Below are positions 57,101-64,000 of a DNA stretch of 64,000 nucleotides, one piece after another. The notes beneath the pieces were generated by a model, which did no database searches, was not told where the DNA came from, and saw only the letters and a list, made by a program, of their open reading frames with translations. Location of the stretch: positions 633,199 to 697,198 of the forward strand of contig CP000875.1 of the NCBI GenBank assembly GCA_000018565.1, written 5' to 3'. This stretch comes from Herpetosiphon aurantiacus DSM 785. Lineage in GTDB: Bacteria; Chloroflexota; Chloroflexia; Chloroflexales; Herpetosiphonaceae. The position numbers and the translations under genes are program-made. Each line of letters starts with the position of its first letter. The stretch's first letter is position 1.

Positions 57101-57495
57101 CCCATTATTTGGGCCTGACCGATGCCTTTATGCTCCAAGCCATGGTGATTCAGCACATCGGTGGAATTCATGGCATTACTGAACAGGGCTTTGAAAAATT
57201 AGCCACCGCCTTGGCTGCGCCCCAACAAACCATGTTTGGCGAGGATCTGTATCCCGATACGTTTAGCAAGGCCGCTGCTTTATTCGATGCGTTGATTCAT
57301 GGTCATTGTTTTAGCGATGGCAATAAACGCACGGCCTTATTGGCGATGATTGAATTTCTGGCTCGGAATGGCTATGCCTTCAATACGCCCGACGACGATA
57401 GCCTTTACGATTGGATTTTGCTGGTGGCAGCAGAACGAGGCATGGATCGTGAACAACAGGCCGCTTGGATCGCACAACGTTGTGAGCAATTATGA
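57097..57495 (+). CDS. Doc/Fic-family toxin (death-on-curing)
   Basis: Fic motif 'HCFSDGNKRTALLAMIEF'. Confidence 0.8.
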   Translation: MTHYLGLTDAFMLQAMVIQHIGGIHGITEQGFEKLATALAAPQQTMFGEDLYPDTFSKAAALFDALIHGHCFSDGNKRTALLAMIEFLARNGYAFNTPDDDSLYDWILLVAAERGMDREQQAAWIAQRCEQL

Positions 57496-57908
57496 GTGAA
57501 GAAGTTCCATTGCACTATATTACCCTTGAAGAAGCGCTGCATATTCGCGATGCGATTGCCGAAGCGCATGGCGAAAGCTTCGATGTTTTGCGCTTTCAAC
57601 AATTACTCTCGGCCTTAGCTACGCCTTTTCAATCGATGTTTGGCGAGGAGCTTTTTCCAACGCTATGTGCCAAAGCGGGCATGCTGCTGGCTGGGCTAAT
57701 TCGCAATCATCCATTTTGGGATGGCAACAAGCGCATCGCAATGGCGATTACGGCGCGATTTCTAGCCTTGAATGGCTATCAACTGACGGTTGATGCCGCC
57801 GAAGCTGATCAATTTACTACCGCCTTGGCCATGCATCGCCAAGATTATGAAACTGCCAGTAGTTGGCTAGCCCAACATTCGCGGCCAATTGGCGAAAATC
57901 GTAGCTAA
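57492..57908 (+). CDS. Second Doc/Fic-family toxin paralogue
   Basis: Fic motif 'HPFWDGNKRIAMAITARF'. Start overlaps the upstream Doc stop by 4 nt. Confidence 0.8.
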   Translation: MSEEVPLHYITLEEALHIRDAIAEAHGESFDVLRFQQLLSALATPFQSMFGEELFPTLCAKAGMLLAGLIRNHPFWDGNKRIAMAITARFLALNGYQLTVDAAEADQFTTALAMHRQDYETASSWLAQHSRPIGENRS

Positions 57909-57984
57909 AAAGCCAAAACGGCTGTGGTATAATGGGCCACAAATAGCCCACCGTAAACCACACAACCATAGAAAGAATAGCCAA

Positions 57985-58596
57985 ATGGCCATCGCTGACG
58001 ATCACGCACAATCAGAGCGAAGTGATGCTGTTTTGTTGGAGGCAATTACCACCAACAACGATATGCTGGCGCTCCAACAATTGTTTGATCGCTATCGCCA
58101 GCAATTGTTCCAGACTGCATTGGGGATTACCCGCGATCAACAATTGGCCGAAGAGGTCTTGCAAGATTGTTTTTATCGGTTGTATCGCCATGCTAAAAAG
58201 CTTGATGGCAGTATGCCACTGGCCCCTTGGCTCTATCGCGTAACGGTGAATTTGTGCTATAGCCGCATCAAGCGCCAACGCCCATGGTACGAGCCATTTC
58301 ATCAATTGGCTGAGCGCTTGCGGGCTAGCTCTCGTTCTGCGCCCGATGTGGTCGCTGAACGCCGCGAGATGCAAGATGTGGTGCGCCAAACCTTAGAGCG
58401 CCTTTCACCCCAGCATCGCGCAGTTTTAGTCTTACATTATTTTCATGATTATTCCCTGACGGAGATTGCCGAAATTCTAGAATGCCCTGAGGGAACGATT
58501 AAATCGCGGCTGTTTTATGCCCGTAAAATTCTCAAAGAGCAGCTCTACCAAGCTGCAATCGAGGGCGAACCACTGATTGACGGAATTTCCTTCTAA
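57985..58596 (+). CDS. ECF-subfamily RNA polymerase sigma-70 factor
   Basis: Region 2 'LQDCFYRLYRHAKKL'. Region 4 'YSLTEIAEILECPEGTIKSRLFYARKIL'. The ORF track starts at 57889, but the Met at 57985 is the likely start. Confidence 0.8.
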   Translation: MAIADDHAQSERSDAVLLEAITTNNDMLALQQLFDRYRQQLFQTALGITRDQQLAEEVLQDCFYRLYRHAKKLDGSMPLAPWLYRVTVNLCYSRIKRQRPWYEPFHQLAERLRASSRSAPDVVAERREMQDVVRQTLERLSPQHRAVLVLHYFHDYSLTEIAEILECPEGTIKSRLFYARKILKEQLYQAAIEGEPLIDGISF

Positions 58597-58625
58597 GATA
58601 GTTAGTGCCGAGGAAGATTCAACCA

Positions 58626-60379
58626 TGTCTATCTCCGTCCCACGCATTACACCACGACTATTAATGTCCGGTGATCCATTATTTAGCTTGGTGCGGTTGA
58701 TTAGCCTTGGCTTGATTTTGGTCGTCGGCGCTCGCATCGATCAACACACGGTTATTCCGCCAACCACCCCATTTGGCCTAATTTGGTGGGCCTATGCGAT
58801 CTATGGTTTAGTGATGGCTGGCTCGGCTTTTGTGCCCCGCTTTCGCAACTTGCCCTCGTGGATCTTTATTGTTGATTTTGGCTTTATTGCGCTCTTTGCC
58901 TTGTTTAGCGGTCTGCCCCCCGCCTTGTTGGTAGCGTTGATTATGTTGCCAACTGTGTGGGCTTCAACCAATCGTTCGCCTGCCCAAGCAGTTGGTACGG
59001 GTGTGGGCGCAGCGATTGTCTATGCTGGCATTACGCTATATCGGCGCTTTGGCGATGCTGGCAATGTTGGCAGCGAAGAGATGTTTGTTAGCATTGCAGT
59101 CAACTGTACAGCTTTGATTTTAGTTTCGTGGTTGGTCAGCACGCTTTCTGGTCAGTCCAGCGAGATCAATCGCGAACATGTGATTGCCGCACGGCGTGAT
59201 GTCGATAGTGCTCAGCGTGATGCCGAAGCGTATCGCGACCGCATGCGAGCACTCTACGAAGTTGCCTATAAACTTAGTACTACCATGAATTTTCAAACGG
59301 TGCTTGATGCCACCGTGACCGAATCGATTCGTTTGATCAATGGCCGCAGTAGCGTGGTGCTGTTACCAACTGGCGAGCCAGATGAATTGTATGTTGCTGC
59401 TGGCGTTGGAGTTGGCTCTGGTGATCTCAATTTGCGGATTGCGATTGAGCCAACTGGAATTATGGCCTCGATTCTGGCCTCAGGCACGCCGCGCATTTTG
59501 AACGATTTGCGCCAATCACATGCCTTGAGCAGCGTACCATCGATGCAAAACTGTGCGTGTGTTTGTTGTGTGCCGCTGAGCGCAGGCCGCCGCAACTATG
59601 GCATCGTGGTCGTCGGGGTTGATCGTAACGAAATCAATGAAGATGAATTGGGTATGGTTTCGGCCTTGGCCAATTACGCAATTATTGCCATGCTCAATGC
59701 CCAATTGGTTGGCGAATTACGCGATGAACGCACCAAACTGATTAGCAAAGAAGAAGAAGTGCGCCAACAACTTGCCCGCGATTTGCACGATGGCCCCGCT
59801 CAATCAGTGGCCGCCATCACCATGAATATTGAATTTGTCAAGCGTTTATTGGAGCGCGAACCAAGCCGCGTGATGCAAGAGCTGACCAAAATGGGCGAAT
59901 TAGCCCGCCGCACCACCTATGATATTCGCACGCTTTTGTTCGAGTTGCGCCCCTTGACTCTGGATAGCCAAGGCCTCGTTGCGACCCTGCGCGAATATGT
60001 AACCCGCTTCAAAGATGGCACGACCCAGGTAATCCTCGAAGAAACCGTCGGCGAGTTGCGGCTTGATGCCAAACGTGAAGGCACCTTGTTCAATATTATT
60101 CAAGAAGCTAGCAACAATGCCATGAAACATGCCCAAGCCAAACACATCTGGATTCGGCTAACCCGCCAAGGCGATGAGTTGATGGCGACAGTGCAGGATG
60201 ATGGCAAAGGCTTCGATTTGCAAGCAGTTCGGGCTAACTACAGCAAACGTGGCTCGTTTGGCCTCTTAAATATTGATGAACGGGCACGCATGGTTGGCGG
60301 GAGTGCCGAAATGACCTCAGCAGTTGGCGCTGGTACAACCGTTCGGGTTATTGTACCGCTTGATGCCAGTAGTATTTAG
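58626..60379 (+). CDS. Membrane sensor histidine kinase, HisKA_3 (NarL-partner type), with a polytopic N-terminal domain and GAF domain
   Basis: 5-6 transmembrane helices. GAF. H-box 'ARDLHDGPAQSV'. HATPase 'QDDGKGF...GLLNIDERARMVGG'. Lies downstream of, and overlapping, the ECF sigma gene. Confidence 0.75.
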
Positions 60380-60435
60380 ATAATGAATCTACTGACCCCG
60401 CGACGAGTGCTCGTCGCGGGGTTTTATAGTTAATT

Positions 60436-60680
60436 GCCTTCATCCCAACCCCGCTCTCACTGCGGCGGGCGAGGGTAAGTTTCCGCTGCGAACCACTAAG
60501 CCGCTGGTTCATCGATAGATGGCTAACTGCCCTTGATTGCCCTTGAGGGGGTGCAGGGGGATTAAAGCCCCCGACGTTTCCCGCCTTGAGGCGGGACGGA
60601 AGGGTGGTGATCACGGATGATGGGATGGTTAACAACCTACCCTTAAAAGGAAGGGATTAGGGAATGAGGGCATGCTGACG
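60436..60680. repeat. Palindromic intergenic element, family 1, copy C (longer, degenerate)
   Basis: catcccaaccccgctctcactgcggcgggcgagggtaag ... aacctacccttaaaaggaagggattagggaatgagggcatgc shares the CACTGCGGCGGGCGAGGG core and the CCTACCC..AAAG outer arm with copies A and B. Confidence 0.6.
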
Positions 60681-60757
60681 AACTATCGATAAAAATGCAC
60701 ATAAACCGCTATTGGTTGTACACTAAGCAGCAGATGATTTAGCTGGAGCAAGCGTCG

Positions 60758-62065
60758 ATGCTGCAAACATATCAAGATGCCATGGATTGGATCTACAGTT
60801 TCCTCGATAGCGAGAAGAAGTTACCCAAAAATCCGACCGAATTTAATTTGCCCCGGGTCAAGGCGATGCTGGAGTTGTTGGGTAATCCACAGTTGCGCTA
60901 TCCGGCGGTGATTGTGGCTGGCACGAAGGGCAAAGGTTCAACGTGTGCCTTTTTAGAGTCGATTATCCGCCAGAGTGGCCTAAAAGTTGGCTTTTTTAGC
61001 TCGCCGCACCTACACTCCTACCGCGAACGCATGCAAATCAATCGTGAGCTAATTAGCCAAAGCCAGCTTGTCGATTTGATTAATCAGGTGCGACCGCTAC
61101 TGGAGCCACTTGACCCCGAAGTTGGTTCACCAACCACCTATGAAATTGGGGTGGTTTTGGGTTTGTACTACTTTGCTACGCAGGCAATCGAGTTGGCAGT
61201 ACTTGAAATTGGCTTGGGTGGGCGCTATGATGCGATTAACACTGTTAACCCTGTGCTCAGCGTAATTGCTTCGATCAGCTATGATCACACGGCGATTTTA
61301 GGCGATACACTAGCCAAAATTGCCTATGAAAAGGCTGGAATCATCAAGCAGCATGTGCCAGTAATTAGCACTGTGCAGCAAGCCGAGGCGGCTGAGGTGA
61401 TCGCTCAGGTTGCTGCTGAGCAAGCGGCTCCGTTATTTATTGCAGGGATGGCGGGATTGCAGGAGCAAGCCTCAGGGGTGGTTGCTGAATATCCACTGGT
61501 GATTGTGCCTGAACAACTGGGCTTGAAGGGTGAGTTTCAGATGCAAAATGCCCAACTTGCCACCAGCGCCGCATTGCTCTTGCGCGAACTCGGTTTCCCC
61601 ATTAGCGATGATGCTATTCGCCAAGGTTTGGCAACAACCCAATGGCCTGCTCGGTTTGAGCAAATTGCCAACGAACCGTTGACGCTTGTCGATGGAGCGC
61701 ATAACGGCGATTCGGCGCGGGTGCTGCTGCAAGCGCTCAAACAGAATTATTCAAACCGACCGCTGACCTTAGTTTTAGGCACATCAAGCGACAAAGATAT
61801 TCAAGCAATTATTCAGCAACTCAGCAATTCGGCAACCCACCTGATCACAACCTGTTCGCGGCATCCACGGGCTTTAGCACCCGAAAAACTGGCTGAATTG
61901 ATTCAGCAGCATGTTAATCGCCCGGTTCATCAGACCAACAGCGTGGCCGAGGCCTTAACGCTGGCCCAACAACTCACATCCGCCGCTGGCCTCATTTGCG
62001 TAACTGGATCGCTGTTTGTGGCTGCCGAAGCGCGTGAAACCCATGGCTTAGCCCAGCCCGATTAG
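60758..62065 (+). CDS. folC: Bifunctional folylpolyglutamate synthase / dihydrofolate synthase
   Basis: Mur-ligase P-loop 'VAGTKGKGST'. 'SSPHL' and 'GLGGRYDAIN' motifs. Confidence 0.85.
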   Translation: MLQTYQDAMDWIYSFLDSEKKLPKNPTEFNLPRVKAMLELLGNPQLRYPAVIVAGTKGKGSTCAFLESIIRQSGLKVGFFSSPHLHSYRERMQINRELISQSQLVDLINQVRPLLEPLDPEVGSPTTYEIGVVLGLYYFATQAIELAVLEIGLGGRYDAINTVNPVLSVIASISYDHTAILGDTLAKIAYEKAGIIKQHVPVISTVQQAEAAEVIAQVAAEQAAPLFIAGMAGLQEQASGVVAEYPLVIVPEQLGLKGEFQMQNAQLATSAALLLRELGFPISDDAIRQGLATTQWPARFEQIANEPLTLVDGAHNGDSARVLLQALKQNYSNRPLTLVLGTSSDKDIQAIIQQLSNSATHLITTCSRHPRALAPEKLAELIQQHVNRPVHQTNSVAEALTLAQQLTSAAGLICVTGSLFVAAEARETHGLAQPD

Positions 62066-62161
62066 CCGATCGTAAACTGACTCGTAATGCCAAATCGCGA
62101 CACTAGCAACAGCAGAGCAGCCCTCGCGATGCGGCATGGAGCAACGAGCATTGGAGTTTGT

Positions 62162-62533
62162 ATGCATATTCTACTTGTTGAAGACCATGAAATGAATCGC
62201 GATATGTTGAAGCGCCGCCTTGAACGTCGCGATTTTCAGGTTTCGGTGGCCGTCGATGGTCAAGAAGCGATCGATTTGGTTGAAAGCTTAATGCCCGATA
62301 TCATCTTGATGGACATGAGTTTGCCAAATGTTGATGGCTGGACGGCAACTCGCATCATCAAAGCCAACCCAGCAGTCAATCAGATTCCGATTATTGGTTT
62401 AACTGCCCATGCTATGGCCGGTGATCGAGAGCGCTGTTTGGAAGCAGGCTGCAACGAATATGAGATTAAGCCAGTTGACTTTACTAGCCTGGTTAGTAAG
62501 ATTCAGGCCTTAGTCGAGGATACGCCACTATGA
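62162..62533 (+). CDS. Single-domain response regulator
   Basis: 'ILLVEDHEMN...IILMDMSLPNVDGW...IIGLTAHA'. The ORF track starts at 62087. Confidence 0.8.
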   Translation: MHILLVEDHEMNRDMLKRRLERRDFQVSVAVDGQEAIDLVESLMPDIILMDMSLPNVDGWTATRIIKANPAVNQIPIIGLTAHAMAGDRERCLEAGCNEYEIKPVDFTSLVSKIQALVEDTPL

Positions 62534-63597
62534 CCGCAACCCAACCTCGTATTCTCGTTGTTGACGATAGCGAAGATAACCGCTATTTGCTGCAACGCCA
62601 ACTATTGCGGCGCAATTATGGAGTAGTGCTTGCTGAGAATGGTCAGCAAGCACTTGATTATGTTCAAAGCCATACGATCGATCTCATACTGCTGGATATT
62701 ATGATGCCTGTGATGAATGGCTTTGAGGTCTTACAAAATCTCAAACAGAACGAACAATTACGTCATATTCCAGTGATTATTGTTTCGGCGGCTGATGATA
62801 TGGAAAACGTGGTCAAGGGCATTCAAATGGGTGCTGAGGATTATTTGGCAAAGCCATTTAATACGACCTTGCTGCGAGCACGGATCGAAGCTTCGTTGGA
62901 AAAAAAGCGTCTGCACGACCAAGAACAGGCCTATCTACAAGCGATCGCCTTAGAACAAGCCCAATCCAACCGCCTCTTGCGCAATATTCTGCCGCAAACC
63001 ATCGCCGACCAACTCAAAGACCAACAAGCCAATATCGCCGAATATTTTAGCAGTGTCAGCGTACTTTTCGCTGATATTGTTGGTTTTACCGAGTTATCGG
63101 GCCATATCAATGCCAAAGAACTGGTAGCCTGGCTCAATCGTTTGTTCTCACGGTTCGATCAGATGACGCTTGATGTTGGCTTGGAGAAGATCAAAACCAT
63201 CGGCGATGCCTATATGGTTGCCGCAGGCTTGCCGATTGCCCAGCCCGACCATGCCGAACGTTTGGCGCTCTTCGCCACCTCAATGTTGGCAGAGATTGAG
63301 CAAATTACGATGCCCAACGGCAAGCCGTTACAAATGCGAATTGGCATTCATAGCGGGCCAGTTGTTGCAGGCGTGATTGGCACAATCAAATTTAGCTACG
63401 ATCTGTGGGGCGATACCGTTAATATTGCCAGCCGTATGGAAAGTAGTGCTCATCCCAACACGATTCAGGTTAGCGCCGAAACCTATGCTTTGTTGCAAGA
63501 TCATGAGCATTTTAGTTTGCAGCCACGCCATGGGGTCGAAATGAAACATCTCGGCACACGCACGACCTATATTCTTAATCGCCATCGGCATCATTAA
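62530..63597 (+). CDS. Response regulator fused to a class III adenylate/guanylate cyclase domain
   Basis: REC 'ILVVDDSEDNRYLL...LILLDIMMPVMNG'. Cyclase 'VLFADIVGFTELS...KIKTIGDAYMVAAGLP...GIHSGPVVAGVIG'. Confidence 0.85.
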   Translation: MTATQPRILVVDDSEDNRYLLQRQLLRRNYGVVLAENGQQALDYVQSHTIDLILLDIMMPVMNGFEVLQNLKQNEQLRHIPVIIVSAADDMENVVKGIQMGAEDYLAKPFNTTLLRARIEASLEKKRLHDQEQAYLQAIALEQAQSNRLLRNILPQTIADQLKDQQANIAEYFSSVSVLFADIVGFTELSGHINAKELVAWLNRLFSRFDQMTLDVGLEKIKTIGDAYMVAAGLPIAQPDHAERLALFATSMLAEIEQITMPNGKPLQMRIGIHSGPVVAGVIGTIKFSYDLWGDTVNIASRMESSAHPNTIQVSAETYALLQDHEHFSLQPRHGVEMKHLGTRTTYILNRHRHH

Positions 63598-63611
63598 GCT
63601 TAGGAATTGTT

Positions 63612-64000
63612 ATGCACTGGCAAATTCCATCGTATACCTTTCCCACCTTGATTGCGAGCAGCGTTTCGTTTGCAATCGCAATTATTGTCTCACGTCGCCG
63701 CTTTGTTTCACAGATGTGGCCGTTTGCTATTTTAGCTTTCACTGTTGCTTTTTGGACATTGGGCTATGCATGGGAATTGGTCAGTGTTGATTTAGCGACT
63801 AAAGTTATTTTTGCTAAAACTCAATATTTAGGCATTGCTACGCCACCAGTCGCTTGGGTGGCGTATGCTTTATATTACACCGGACAAGAGCGTTTTGTCA
63901 CTAAGCGTAGTTTTTTATATGCCATGATTATTCCTGCAATTACCATTGTTTTAGTCTGGACGAATGAATGGCATCATTTGATTTGGACAAAAACTGAAAT
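63612..64000 (+). CDS. 3'-truncated ORF: N-terminal polytopic membrane sensor domain (probable signalling protein)
   Basis: Open frame from ATG 63612 to the window end, with hydrophobic helices 'LIASSVSFAIAIIV' and 'WPFAILAFTVAFWTLGY'. Confidence 0.35.
   Translation, partial: MHWQIPSYTFPTLIASSVSFAIAIIVSRRRFVSQMWPFAILAFTVAFWTLGYAWELVSVDLATKVIFAKTQYLGIATPPVAWVAYALYYTGQERFVTKRSFLYAMIIPAITIVLVWTNEWHHLIWTKTE

Overview
This 64 kb window is a compositional and functional mosaic, possibly from a Chloroflexota-like chromosome with about 50% GC (low-confidence guess). (1) Positions 1-4400 are a very AT-rich defence island holding a 5'-truncated TaqI_C-like specificity-domain ORF, a GmrSD-like DUF262/DUF1524 nuclease and an OLD-family ABC-ATPase/TOPRIM nuclease. 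(2) Positions 4700-22900 are a GC-rich siphovirus-like head-tail morphogenesis cluster on the minus strand. It runs from the terminase small subunit through to a Tal-like tail gene. It contains a textbook A_AAA_AAG -1 frameshift site in the tail chaperone genes and an apparently frameshifted Mu-F-like head gene. No integrase, lysis or replication module is visible, so it looks like a cryptic or defective prophage, or a domesticated structural cluster. (3) Positions 22900-25700 hold small phage-early-like genes with dense GTGTCA and ATGTGGGAT repeats. (4) Host genes follow: DinB-like, ArsR-SRPBCC and PNPOx-like. (5) Positions 27993-34619 are a complete, tightly packed type III-B Cmr effector operon in the order cmr2(cas10)-cmr3-cmr1-cmr4-cmr5-cmr6. 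Its Cas10 lacks the HD nuclease domain but keeps the GGDD motif. No CRISPR array, cas6, cas1/2 or CARF effector is visible in the window. An HNH nuclease gene lies nearby. (6) A STAND NTPase with HEAT repeats sits in an operon with a REC-HTH-TM regulator. (7) The remainder is rich in signal transduction: several response regulators and histidine kinases, an ECF sigma factor and a REC-cyclase. It also carries tandem Doc/Fic toxins, trpG/pabA, folC, an M1 peptidase and an MBL hydrolase. Two families of palindromic intergenic repeat elements are interspersed among these genes. All calls rest on motifs read directly from the translated ORFs; no database search was run.
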